NCBI RefSeq assembly: GCF_009914755.1
Contig: NC_060947.1
Source of the DNA: the human T2T-CHM13v2.0 reference genome, Homo sapiens
Length of the DNA: 64,000 nt
Direction: 5' to 3' (one strand)
A program made the translations under genes and the position numbers. Of this stretch, positions 28,701 to 45,594 are shown piece by piece. Positions within the stretch are counted from its first letter, which is position 1. Each line of letters opens with the position of its first letter. The notes beneath the pieces are model-generated. The model searched no databases. It saw only the letters and a list, made by a program, of their open reading frames with translations, and was not told the origin of the DNA.

Positions 28701-28855
28701 ATGTACTATAGTATAGTAAAACATTTTCTTTGAAGGAAGCTTAATGAAAGGTGCATAGGACCACTCAGTGTAACTTCACAACATTCTGTCTTAAATTAAA
28801 AATAAAAATTTATATAAAATAAAAATGAAAGTGAAATAATGGCATTTAAAAGCAA
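25770..28855 (+). mobile_element. Patchwork of ancient L1M (MB/MC/MD-type) ORF1, ORF2 and 3' UTR remnants
   Basis: ORF1-like aaactcaaagagacccacactga...ataattaaattgctgaaagcc, and 3' UTR-like segments with (TA)/(CA) microsatellites. Confidence 0.65.
26989..27407 (-). mobile_element. MLT1A/B (MaLR) solo LTR
   Basis: tgtatta...aacaaatcgccacaga...ccaaatatagtcacattctgag...ggcttcaacatataaattttggggg. Confidence 0.8.
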
Positions 28856-28879
28856 AAAAAAAAAAAAAAAAAAAAAAGA

Positions 28880-29185
28880 GGCCAAGAGTGGTGGTTCATG
28901 CTGTAATCCCAGCACTTTGGGAGGCCAAGGTGGGTGGATCACTTCAGGCCAGGAGTTGGCCCTATCTCTACTAAAAATACAAAAATTAGCTGAGTGTGGT
29001 GGCATGTGCCTGTACTCTCAGCTACTCAGGTGGCTGAATCACGAGAATCGCTTGTACACAGAAGGCAGAGGTTGCAGTGAGCCTAGATCACACCACCACA
29101 CTCCAGCCTTGGCAGCAGGGAGAGACTCTGTCTCAACAACAACAACAAAAATATAAATAAAAATAAATAAATAAAAGCAAAAAAA
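28880..29185 (+). mobile_element. AluS with a ~25-30-bp internal deletion in the left arm
   Basis: ccaggagttg joins directly to ccctatctctactaaaaatac. A-rich tail. Confidence 0.9.
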
Positions 29186-29479
29186 GAGAGAGATAATTCA
29201 TTACTAGCAAACTTGTGCCAAGGACAATACCAAAGAGTTTTCTTCATGGAGAACTGAAATAAATTTCAATGAATGCATATATAATTAAAAAGGAAAGATA
29301 AGCAATAACAATATTTAGCATGATTTTTGTTTATTTATGAACTCTTGGCCATCAAAAGCTCCTCACTAGTAGCTTCAAAATGACATTCTTGTTACAAAAG
29401 TAGAAGACGTCATATAATGAAGATAGGCTGTTATTCTGTTTATTTGAGCAAAATGAATTAATAATATAGGTTACTAAAA

Positions 29480-29794
29480 AAAGATCAATGTTGATGAAGT
29501 GTAGAAGAATTGGAACACTTGCACACTGTTGGTTAACATGCAAAATGGTACAGCCAATATGAAAAATCATATGGAGGCTCCTCAACATATTATCCAGGAA
29601 TTCCGTTTCTGGTATTTTAGAAAGATACTTAACACCTCATATTTATTGCACTTCTATTTATAATAGCCAAGATATAGAAAGACCCTAAATGTCCATCAAG
29701 AGAAGAATAAAGAATCCAATATATACATAAAATGGAAAACTATTCAGCACTAGAAAAGAAAATTCTGCAATATGTAAGAACATGGATAAACTTT
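29480..29794 (+). mobile_element. Old L1MA/MB 3' region, left half (resumes at 45595)
   Basis: ...aattctgcaatatgtaagaacatggataaacttt is continuous with ataaactttgagaacattatactaag at 45601. Confidence 0.8.
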
Positions 29795-31694
29795 TTTATA
29801 ACTTTTAAGTTCAGGGGTACACGTGCAGAATATGAAGATTTGTTACATAGGTAAACGTGTGTCATGGGGGTTTGAGTACAGGTTATTTCATCACTCAGCT
29901 ATTAAGCCTAGTATCCATTAGTTATTTTTCCTGATCCTCTCCCTCCTCCCACTTTCCACCCTTTGATAGGCCCCAGTGTGTGTTGTTCCCCTCTATGTGT
30001 CTATGTGTTTTCATCATTTAGCTCCCACTTATAATTGAGAACATGCCATATTTGGTTTTCTGTTCCTGCTTTAGTTTGCTAAGGATAATGGCCTCCAGCT
30101 CTATCCATGTCTCTGCAAAGGACATGATTTCATTTTTCTATATGGCTGCATAGTATTACATGGTGTATATGCACCACATTCTCTTTATCCAGTCTATCAT
30201 TGATGGACATTTAGGTTGATTCCATGTCTTTACTATTGTGAATAGTGCCACAATGAACATACAGATGTGTGTGTGTGTCTTTATAACAGTATGATATATA
30301 TGCCTTTGAGTATATACCCAGTGATGGAATTGCTGTGTCTAATGGTATTTCTGTCTTTAGGTCTTTGAGAAATTGCCATACTGTCTTCCACAATGGTTGA
30401 CTAATTTATACTCCCACCAACAGCGTATGAGCATTCCTTTTTCTACACAACCTCACCAGCATCGGTTATTTTTTGGCTTTTAATAATCGCCATTCTGATT
30501 GGTGTGAGATGGTATCTCATTGTGGTTTTGATTTGCATTTCTCTAATGATCAGTAAAGTCGAGCTTTTCTTCATTTGATTATTGGCCGTATATATGTCTT
30601 TTTTTGATAAGTGTCTGTTCATGTCCTTTGCCCACTTTTTTAACAGGGTTGTTTGTTTTATTCTTGTAAATTTCTTTAAGTTCCTTATAGATGCTGGATA
30701 TTAGACCTTTGTCACATACATAGTTTGCAAAAATTTTCTCCCATTCTGTAGGTTGTCTACTCTGTTGATAGTTTCTTTTGCTGTGCAGAATCTCTTTTGT
30801 TTAATTAGATCCCATTTGTCAATGTTTGCTTCTGTTGCAACAGCATTTGGCATCTTTGTCATGAAATTGTAGCATGTGCCTGTGTCCTGAATGGTATTTC
30901 CTAGGTTGTCTTCCAGAGTTCTTATAGTTTGGGGTTTTACATTTAAGTATTTAATCCATCTTGAGTTAATTTTTGTATATGGCGTAAGGAAGTGGTCCAG
31001 ATTCAATTCTCTGCATGTGGCTAGCTAATTATTCCCAGCACCATTTATTGAATAGGGAATCCTTTCCCCATTGCTTATTTTGTCAGGTTTGTTGAAGATC
31101 AGATAGTTGTAGATATGCAGTCTTATTTCTGGATTCCCTTATTTCTGTTCCATTGGTCTATGTGTCTGTGCTTGTACCAGTACCAGGCTGTTTCAGTTCC
31201 TGTAGCCCTGTAGTATAATTTGAAGTTGGGTGATGTGATGCCTCCAGCTTTGTTCTTTTTGTTTAGGATTGTCTTGGCTGTACAGGCTCTTTTTTGATTT
31301 CATATGAATTTAAAAATAGTTTTGTCTATGTCTGTGAAGAATGTCAGTGGTAGTTTCATGGCAATAGCTTTGAATCTATGAATTGCTTTGGGCAGTATGG
31401 CTGTTTTAACGACATTGATTCCTTCTATCCATGAGCATGGAATATTTTTCTATTTGTTTGTGTCATCTCTGATTTCTCTGAGCAGTGGTTTGTAGTTCTA
31501 TTTGTAGAGATCTTTCAACTTCTGTATTAGCTGTATTTTTAGGTATTTTATTCTTTTTTGTGGGAATCATGAATAGGAGTTTGTTCCTCATTTGGCTCTT
31601 GACTTCACTGTTGTTGGTGGTTAGTGATTTTTGCACATTGATTTTGTATCCTGAGACTTTGCCAAAGTTCCTTATCAGCTTAAGATGCTTTGGG

Positions 31695-31978
31695 GGCCCA
31701 GTGCAGTGGCTCATGCCTGTAATCCCAGCACTTTGGGAGGCCAAGGCAGGTGGATCACTTGGGGTCAGGAGTTCCAGGCCAGTCTGGCCAACATGGTGGA
31801 ACCCCGTTTCTACTAAAAATACAAAAATTAGCCGGGCATGGTGGCAGGTACCTGTAATCCCAACTACTCAGGAGGCTGAGGCAGGAGAATCCTTGAACCC
31901 TGGAAGTGGAGGTTGCAGTGAGCCAAGATTGCACCACTGCACTCCAGCCTGGATGACAGAGAGAGACACTGTCTCAAA

Positions 31979-32063
<85 letters not shown>
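31695..32063 (+). mobile_element. AluS with long (GAAA)n tail, inside the host L1
   Basis: Dimeric Alu, (GAAA)n at ~31981-32068. Degenerate TSD aagatgctttggg / aagaaagcttttggg. Confidence 0.95.
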
Positions 32064-32069
<6 letters not shown>

Positions 32070-32630
32070 CTTTTGGGCTGAGACCATGGGGTTTGCTCGA
32101 TATAAGATAATGGCATCTGCAAACAGAGATAGTTTGAATTTCTCTCTTACTATTAGAATGCTCTTTATTTCTTACTCTTGCCCGATTGCCCTGGCCAGAA
32201 GTTCCTATACTATGTTGAAGAGGAGTGGTGAGAGAGGACATCTTATTATTGTGCCGGTTTTCCACAGGAATGCTTTAAGCTTTTTCTGGTTCAGTATGAT
32301 GTTTGCTGTGGGTTTGTCATATATGGCTCTTATTATTTTGAGGTATGTTCCTTCAATAACTAGTTTATTGAAAGTTTTTACCATGAAGGGATATTGAATT
32401 TTATCAAAAGCCATTCTGCATCGATTGAGATAATCATGTGGTTTTTGTCTTTGCTTCTGTTTATGTGATGAATCACATTTATTGATTTGCATACATTTAA
32501 TTGACCTTGCATCCCGGAAACAAAGCCTATTTGATCATGGTGGATAAGCCCTTTGATGTGCTCCTGTATTTGGTTTTCCAGTATTCTTGTGAAGACTTTT
32601 GCATTGATATTCATTAAGAATATTGGCCTG

Positions 32631-35600
32631 CCACCAGTGTAAAAGTGTCCCCTTTTCACCACATCACTGCCAACATATATTATTTTTTTATTTTTTTGAT
32701 TATGGCCATTCTTGCAGGAGCAAGGTGGTATTGCATTGTGGTTTTGATTTTCATTTCCCTGATCATTATGATGTTGAACATGTTTTCATAGGTTTGCTGG
32801 CCATTTTTATATCTTCTTTTGAGAGTTGTCTATTCATGTCCTTAGCCATTTTTTTTTTAGGGGATTGTTTATTTTTTTCTTGCTAATTTGTTTGAGGTCC
32901 TTGTAGATTCTGAATATTAGTTCTTTGTCAGATGTATAGATTGTGAAGATGTTCTCCCACTCTATGGGTTGTCTGTTTACTCTGCTGATTGTTTCTTTTG
33001 CTGTGCAGAAACTTTTTAGTTTAATTAAATCCCACCTATTTATCATATTTTTTGTTGCATTTGCTTTTAGATTCTTGGTCATGAAGGCTTTGCCTAAACC
33101 AATGTCTAGAAAAGTTTTTCTGATGATAACTTCTAGAATTTTTATGGTTTCAAGTCTTAGATTTAAGGCCTTGATCCATCTTGAGTTGATTTTGTATAAG
33201 GTGAGAGATAAGGACCCGGTTTCATTCTTTTACATGTGGCTTGCCAATTATCCCACCAGTAGTTGTTGATTATGGTGTCTTTTTCCCACTTTATGTTATT
33301 GTTTGTTTTGTCCAAGATCAGTTGGCTGTAAGCATTTGGGATTATTTCTGGGTTCTCTCTTCTGTTCTATTGGTCTATGTGACTTTTGATATCAGTACCA
33401 TGTTGTTTTTTTGGTGACTATGGCCTTATAATACAAAGTCAGGTAATGTTATGCCTCTAGATTTGTTCTTTTTGCTTAGTCTTACTTTGGATATGTGGGC
33501 TCTTTTTGGTTCCATATGAATTTTAGAATTGCTTTTTCTAGTTCTATGAGGAATGACAGTGGTGTTTTAATGGGAATTGCATTGAATTTGTAGATTGCTT
33601 TTGACAGTATGGTCATTTTCACAATATTGATTCCACCCATCAGTGAGCTTGAGATATGTTTCCATTTGGTTGTGTCATCTATAATTTCTTTCAGCAGTGT
33701 TTTGTAGTTTTCTTTGTACAGGTCTTTCACCTCATAGGTTAGGCGTATTTCTAAGTGTTATTATTTTTGCAGCTATTGTAAAAGGGGTTAAGTTATTCAT
33801 TTAATTCTCTGCTTGGTAGCTGTTTGGGTATAGCAGAGCTATTGATCTGTGCACATTAATTTTGTATACTGAAACTTTGCTGAAATTATTTATCATTTCC
33901 AGGAGCTTCTTGGAGGAGTCTTTAGGGTTCTCTAGGTATACGATCGTATCATCAGAAAACAGAAACACTTTCACTTTTTCTTAACTGATTAGGATGCCCT
34001 TTATTTCTTTCTCTTGTCTGAGTTCCCTGGCTAGGACTTTCAGTACTATGTTGGATAGAAGTAGTGGGCATCCTTGTCTTGTTCCAGTTATCAGAGGGAA
34101 TGCTTTCAACTATTTCCCATTCAGTATTATGTTGGCTGTGGGTTTGTCATAGATGACTTTTACTGTATTAATGTATGTCCTTTCTATGCCAATTTTGTTG
34201 AGGGTTTTAATCATAAAGGGATGCTAGATTTTGTAGAATGCTTTTTGTGCGTCTATGGAGATGACCATGTGATTTTTGTTTTTAATTACATTTATTTGGT
34301 GTATCACATGTATTGACTTGCATATGTTAAACCATCCCTGCATCCCCGCTATGAATCCCACTTGATCATTGTGGATTATCTTTCTGATATGTTGTTGGAT
34401 TCAATTAGCTAATTTTTTAAGGATGTTTGCCTCTATATAAATCAGGGATATTGGTCTGTATTGTTGTTGTTGATGTTGTTGTTGTTATGTCCTTTCCTGG
34501 TTTTGGTATTAGGGTGATATTGGCTTAATAGAATAATTAAGAGAAGATTCTCTCTTTCTCTATCTTTTGGAATAGTGTCAATAGGATTGGTACCAATTTT
34601 TCTTTGAATGTCTGATAGAATTCAGCTGTGAATCCATCTGGTCCTGGACTTTTTTTTGTTGGCAATTTTTTTAAATTACCATTTCAATCTCTCTGCTTGT
34701 TATTGGTTTCTTCAGGGTTTCTAATTATCACTGCTTTAAGCTAGGAGGGTTGTATTTTTCCAGGAATTTATCCATCTCCTCTAGGTTTTCTAGTGTATGT
34801 GCACAAAGGTGTTTATAGTATCCTTGAATGATCTTTTGCATTTCTGTTGTGTCGATTGTACTATCTCCTGTTTGCTTCTATTTGAGCTTATTTGGATCTT
34901 CTCTCTTCTTTTCTTGGCTAATCAATGGGGGAGATTCCTTAAAGAACTAAAAGTAGAATGATCCAGCAATCCCACTACTGGATATTCATCCAGAGGAAAA
35001 TAAGTAATTATACAAAAAAGATACTTGGCGATGCATGTTTATAGCAGCACACACAATTGCAAAATTATAGAACCAGCCCAACTGCCCATCAATCAATGAG
35101 TGGATAAAGAAATTGTGAAATATATATATATAAATATATATATAAATATATATATTTATAAATATATATAAATATATATTTATATATATTTATAAATATA
35201 TATAAATATATATTTATATATATATAAATATATATTTATATATATATAAATATATATTTATATATATATAAATATATATTTATATATATATAAATATATA
35301 TTTATATAAATATATATATATTTATATATATTTATATATATATTTATATATATTTAAATATATATATATTTATATATATTTATATATATTTGTATATATA
35401 TAAATATATATATTTATATATATATTTGTATATATTTAAATATATATATTTATATATATATTTGTATATATTCAAATATATATATTTATATATATATAAA
35501 TTTATAAATATATATATTTATATATATATTTATATATATAAATATATAAATATATATATAAATATATATAAATATATATTTATATATATTTATATATATG

Positions 35601-35983
35601 CCATGGAATACTATACAGTCACAAAAAGGAACAAACTAATGGCATTTTCAGCAACCTGGATGGAATTGGAGACAATTATTCTAACTGAAGTAACTCAGAA
35701 ATGAAAAACCAAACCATACATTCTTACTCATAAGTGGGAGCTAAGCTATGAGGATGCAAAGATGTAAGAGTGATGCAATGGACTTTGGGAACTTGGGGGA
35801 AAGAGTGGGAGGGATAAAACACTACAAATTGGGTACAGTGTATACTGCTAGGGTGATGACTGCACCAAAATCTCAAATCACTATAGAATTTATTCATGTA
35901 ACCAAACACCACCTGTTTCCCCAAAAGCTATAGAAATAAAATAAATTAATAAAGTAAAAAAATAAAATAAAATAGATAATATA
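32631..35983 (+). mobile_element. L1PB-type insertion with 5' inversion (twin priming)
   Basis: 12-bp TSD AATATTGGCCTG at 32619-32630 and 35984-35995. Inverted ORF2 segment 32631-~34925, then sense 3' end ~34926-35983 with A-rich tail. Confidence 0.88.
35118..35599. repeat. ~480-bp interrupted (TA)n tract
   Basis: Only four G/C bases by my count (35392, 35428, 35464, 35473). Confidence 0.97.
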
Positions 35984-36591
35984 AATATTGGCCTGAAATT
36001 TTATTTTATTATTGTATATCTGCTAGGTTTTGGTAACAGGATAATGCAGGCCTCGTAGAATGAGTTAAGAAGGAGCCCCTCCTCAATTTTTTAGAATAGT
36101 TTCAGTATGAATATTACCAGCTCTTCTTTGTCCATCAGGTAGAATTCAGCTGTGAATCCATCTGGTCCTGGGCTTTGTTTGTTTGCTAGGCTATTTATTA
36201 CTGCCTCATCTTCAGATCTCATTATTGGTCTGATTAGAGATTCAATTTATTCCTGGTTCAGTCTTGGGAGGGTATGTGTGTCCAAGAATTTATACATTTC
36301 TTCTAGATTTTCTAGTTTATGTGCATACAAGTGTTTATAATATTCTATGATGGTTCTTTGTTTTTTTTATTTTATTATTATTATACTTTAAGTTTTAGGG
36401 TACATATGCACAATGTGCGGGTTAGTTACATATGTATACATGTGCCATGCTGGTGTGCTGCACCCATTAACTCGTCATTTAGCATTAGGTATATCTCCTA
36501 ATGCTATCCATCCCCCCTCCCCCCTAACCCCACCCCACAACAGTCCCCAGAGTGTGATGTTCCCCTTCCTGTGTCCATGTGTTCTCATTGT

Positions 36592-40422
<3,831 letters not shown>

Positions 40423-40478
40423 TTAGCTGGTTATTTTGCTCGTTAGTTGATGCAGTTTCTTCCTAGGCTCGATGGTCT

Positions 40479-41494
40479 TTACAATTTGGCATGACTTTGC
40501 AGTGGCTGGTACCGATTGTTCCTTTCCATGTTTAGTGCTTCCTTCAGGAGCTCTTTTAGGGCAGGCCTGGTGGTGACAAAATCTCTCAGCATTTGCTTGT
40601 CTGTAAAGGATTTTATTTCTCCTTCACTTATGAAGCTTAGTTTGGCTGGATATGAAATTCTGGGTTGAAAATTCTTTTCTTTAAGAATGTTGAATATTGG
40701 CCCCCACTCTCTTCTGGCTTGTAGAGTTTCTGCCGAGAGATCCACTGTTAGTCTAATGGACTTCCCTTTGTGGGTAACCTGACCTTTCTCTCTGGCTGCC
40801 CTTAACATTTTTTCCTTCATTTCAACTTTGGTGAATCTGACAATTATGTGTCTTGGAGTTGCTCTTCTTGAGGAGTATCTTTGCGGTGTTCTCTGTATTT
40901 CCTGAATCTGAATGTTGGCCTGCCTTGCTAGATTGGGGAAATTCTCCTGGATAATATCCTGCAGAGTGTTTTCCAACTTGTTCCATTCTCTCCATCACTT
41001 TCAGGTACACCAATCAGACGTAGATTTGGTCTTTTCACATAGTCCCATATTTCTTGGAGGCTTTGTTCGTTTCTTTTTATTCTTTTTTCTCTAAACTTCC
41101 CTTCTCACTTCATTTCATTCATTTCATCTTCCATTGCTGATACCCTTTCTTCCAGTTGATCGCATTGGCTCCTGAGGCTTCTGCATTCTTCACGTAGTTC
41201 TCAAGCCTTGGCTTTCATCTCCATCAGCTCCTTTAAGCACTTCTCTGTATTGGTTATTCTAGTTATACATTCGTCTAAATTTTTTTCAAAGTTTTTAACT
41301 TCTTTGCCTTTGGTTTGAATTTCCTCCTCTAGCTTGGAGTAGTTTGATCGTCTGAAGCCTTCTTCTCTCAACTCGTCAAAGTCATTCTGCATCCAGCTTT
41401 GTTCCATTGCTGGTGAGGAACTGCATTCCTTTGGAGGAGGAGAGGCGCTCTGCTTTTTAGAGTTTCCAGTTTTTCTGCTCTGTTTTTTCCCCAT
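40479..41494 (-). pseudogene. L1 ORF1, interrupted by a premature TGA at 41201-41203
   Basis: MGKKQSRK... 97 aa then stop. C-terminal part at 40479..40976 (RREWGPIF, YPAKLS). Confidence 0.93.
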
Positions 41495-42077
41495 CTTTGT
41501 GGTTTTATCTACTTTTGGTCTTTGATGATGGTGATGTACAGATGGGTTTTTGGTGTGGATGTCCTTTCTGTTTGTTAGTTTTCCTTCTAACAGACAGGAC
41601 CCTCAGCTGCAGGTCTGTTGGAGTTTGCTAGAGGTCCACTCCAGACCCTGTTTGCCTGGGTATCAGCAGCAGTGGCTGCAGAACAGCAGATTTTCGTGAA
41701 CCGCGAATGCTGATGTCTGATCGTTCCTCTGGAAGTTTTGTCTCAGAGGAGTACTCGGCCATGTGAGGTGTCAGTCTGCCCCTACTGGGGGGTGCCTCCC
41801 AGTTAGGCTGCTTGGGGGTCAGGGGTCGGGGACCCACTTGAGGAGGCAGTCTGCCTGTTCTCAGATCTCCAGCTGTGTGCTGGGAGAAGCACTGCTCTCT
41901 TCAAAGCTGTCAGACAGGGACATTTATGTATGCAGAGGTTACTGCTGTCTTTTTGTTTGTCTGTGCCCTGCCCCCAGAGGTGGAGCCTACAGAGGCAGGC
42001 AGGCCTCCTTGAGCTGTTGTGGGCTCCACCCAGTTGGAGCTTCCCGGCTGCTTTGTTTACCTAAGCAAGCCTGGGCA

Positions 42078-42359
42078 ATGGCAGGAGCCCCTCCCCTAGC
42101 CTCGCTGCCACCTTGCAGTTTGATCTCAGACTGCTGTGCTAGCAATCAGCAAGACTCTGTAGGTGTAGGACCCTCCGAGCCATGTGCGGGATATAATCTC
42201 CTGGTGCGCCATTTTTTAAGTCCGTTGGAAAAGCGCAGTATTAGGGTGGGAGTGACCCGATTTTCCAGGTGCCATCTGTCACCCCTTTCTTTGACTAGGA
42301 AAGGGAACTCCCTGACCCCTTACACTTCCCGAGTGAGGCAATGCCTCACTCTGCTTTAG
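42078..42359 (+). CDS. L1 antisense ORF0 homologue, open, 93 aa
   Basis: MAGAPPLASLPPCSLISDCCASNQQDSVGVGPSEP... lies inside track ORF 41763..42359 and matches primate L1 ORF0. Expression unknown. Confidence 0.6.
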   Translation: MAGAPPLASLPPCSLISDCCASNQQDSVGVGPSEPCAGYNLLVRHFLSPLEKRSIRVGVTRFSRCHLSPLSLTRKGNSLTPYTSRVRQCLTLL

Positions 42360-45300
42360 CTCACACACGGTGCGCTGCACCCACTGTCCTGCGCCCACTG
42401 TCTGGCACTCCCTAGTGAGATGAAACCAGTACCTCAGATGGAAACGCAGAAATCACCCATCTTCTGCATCGCTCACGCTGGGAGCTGTAGACTGGAGCTG
42501 TTCCTATTTGGCCATCTTGGCTGCCGCCTACCGGTTCTTTGTATTTCTGTTTGTTCAGTGGTAATATGCCCCTTGTCATTTCTAATTGTGTTTATTTGAA
42601 TCTTCTCTCTTTTCTTCTTTATTTGCCTAGCTAGTAGTCTATCTATTTTATTAATTATTTCAGAAAAACCGATCCTGGATTTGTTTATTTTTTGAGTAGC
42701 TTTTCATATCTGTTTCTCCTTTAGTTCAGCTCTGATTATGGTTATTTCTTGTCTTCTGCTAGGTTTTGGATTTGTTTGCTCTCAATTCTCTAGTTCTTTT
42801 AGTTTTGAGTTTAGGTTGTTAACTTGAGATCTTTTTAACTTTTTTATGTGGGTATTCAGTGCTATGAATTTCCCTCTTAACATCCCCATACCTGTGTCCC
42901 AGAGCTTCTGGTATATTCTATCTTTGTTCTCATTAATTTCAAAGAACTTCTTGATTTCTGCCTTAATTTCATTATTTACTCAAAAGTTATTCAAGAGCAG
43001 GCTGTTTAATTTCCATATATTATATAGTTTTGAGTGACTCTCTTAGTCTTTATCTCTAAATTTATTGCAGTGTGGGCCAAGAGACTGGTATAACTTCAGT
43101 TCTTTTGTATTTGCTGTGGAGTGTTTTACTTTTGATTATGTGATCAGTTTTAGAGTAAGTGCCATGTGGTGATAAGAAGAACGTATATTCTGTTGTTTTG
43201 GGGTGAAGTGTACTGTAGATATCTATCACATTCATTTGATCCGGAGCTGAGTTGAGTTTCTGGAAATCTTTGTTAATTTTCTGTTTTGGTGATCTATCTA
43301 ATATTGTTAGTGGGGTGTTAAAGTCTTCCACTATTATTGTGTGAAAATCTAAGTCTCTTTGAAGATCTCTAAGAACTTGCTTTATGAATCTGGGTATTAC
43401 TGTGTCGAGTGCATGTATATTTTGGGTAGTTAGATCTTCCTGTTGAATTGTACACTTTACCATTACATAATGCCCTTTTTATGTCTTTTTTGTTACTCAT
43501 TGGTTGAAAGCCTGTCTTATCAGAAAATAGTTTTTTTTGAAAAATTTTTCTCTATTCTTGTCTGCCTGTCTTATTTTAGAAAGACAGTCTTCAACTCTGA
43601 GATTCCTTCTTCCACTTGGTCTATTATGGTGTTAATACCTGCAATTACATTACAAAATTCTTGTAGTGTGTTTTTAGCTCTATCAGGTCAGTTATATTCT
43701 TCTCTATGGTGGGTATTTTGTCTTTCAGCTCCTGCAATGATTTATCAGTTTTTAGCTTCCTTGCTTTGTGTTACATCATGCTCTTTTAGCTCAGTGAAGT
43801 TCAATTTATCCACATTGTCAATTCTACTTCTGTCATTTCAGCCATCTCAGCCTCAGCCCAGTTCCAAACCCTTGCTGGGGAGGTGATGCAATCATTTGGA
43901 GGAAAGAGGGCACTCTGGCTTTTTGAGTTTTCAGCATTCTTGCACTGATTCTTTCTCATCTTTCTGGGCTTATTATTGAGGTTGTTGACCTCAAAGATTG
44001 AAGGTAGATAAGCCCAGAAAAATTGTTTGGATTTTTTATTTTACACTTTTAACAGTATGGCCACTTTTCTGTAGGATTGCTGTGGTTTTCTGGGGTCCCT
44101 AGTCACCTGGTCCCTAGTCACCTCAGATTTTTCAGTACTTGGAGTTATCACCAGTGAAGGCTGCAAAACATCAAAAATGGCAGCATTTCCCTTCCTCTGG
44201 GAGCTCCATCCCAGGGTGGTACAAACCTGTTGCCAGCCCAAATGTACTTGCAGGAGGTGGCTAGAGACCCCAGTTGGGAGGTCTCACCCAGTGAGAAGAA
44301 AGGGGAGAGGAAGGGGATCGGGGACCTACTTAAAAAAAGCAGGCTAGCCATGCTTTTGTAGAGCAACTGTACTGTGCTGGGATATCACTTCCACCCTCAG
44401 TCACCTTGGGCTTTCCAAAGCCGGGAGACTGGAACAGCTAAGTTGCTGAAACAGCAAAGATAGTGGCCTGCCCTTTCCTCTAGGAGCTCTGTCCCAGGAA
44501 GTTTTTAAATCTTTGTTGGCAAAAGAATATTGTCAGAAGTGATTGGAGGCTCCAGTTGGGAGGTCTTGCCCAGTGAGAAGGAATGGATTGGGGACCCACT
44601 TAAGGAATCAGTCTGGCCGTGTTTTCATAAAGCACCTGTGCTGTGCCGGGGAACTGCTTCTGCCTTGGTGGGCTCGGGCACTCCAAAGGCTGCAGGTAGA
44701 ACGTCTAAGTCACCTAAAACAGCCTGCCCCTTTCTCTGGGGACTCCATCCCAGGGAGAAATCAAATCTCTTGGGCCAAGGAACTGGAGGCCCCAGTTGGG
44801 GAAGCCCAGTGTGGACACAAATCAAGGACCTGTTTAAAAAAGCAGTTAGGCGACTTTTGGTAGAGCAGCTGTGCTGTGCTGACAGATCTTTTGCACCCCC
44901 AGGCATTTTGGACACTCCAAGGCCCACAGGCTGGAATGGCTGAGTCACCCAAATAGTGAAGATGGCAGCCCACTCTTCCCCTTGCAGACTCCGTCTCATC
45001 TCAGGTAGGTGCAGCACTTGTGCTAGTGGCTGGCTGAAATTCCAAACCAGTGGGCCTTATCCTATGAGGTGCCATAGAAGTGGGGCCCGCAGATCATCAC
45101 TACTTGGCCCCCTGGATTCAGCTCCCATACTAGTGGTATGTATGGAGGTCCAACCTCCCACCTTGCCTGAGTTACAGTCCCATTTGCCAGGGAACCGAGA
45201 GCCAGAGTACATAAAGCCCCTGGGTCTTTGTGCATGCCTGAGCAGCTGCTCCGCTGAGACTCCACACAGCTGTGTGTGTCAGACCAAAGGCTCTGGTGGA

Positions 45301-45594
45301 GTGGGATCAGGAGGGGATCTCTTGACCTGAGGATTGCAAAGGTTTGTGGGAGATGCATGGTTTCCAGGGGTCACAGATTCACTCACTGCTTCCCTGGGCA
45401 GAAGGAGGTTCCCTTGGCTCCATGTCATTCTCAGGCGGGCTGACACCATGCCCTGCTTTTCTCCATTCTCTGCGGATTGAGCTATTTCCCTCATGAGTCC
45501 CAACACAAGTACTTGGATGTTTTAGTTAAAGGTGCTATATTTACTCACCCCTTTTGTTATTTTCCATGAGAGCCATGCACCACAGCTGCTTCTA

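Noticed and set aside
31485-32265. 198-aa and 133-aa ORFs with KKER/FLSF repeats
   Set aside because: Read-through of L1 antisense, Alu and the (GAAA)n tail
35390-35704. 104-aa Tyr/Ile-rich ORF
   Set aside because: Translation of the TA microsatellite
44530-45506. Cluster of 70-137-aa ORFs
   Set aside because: GC-rich 5' UTR of the old L1PA host; no coding signature
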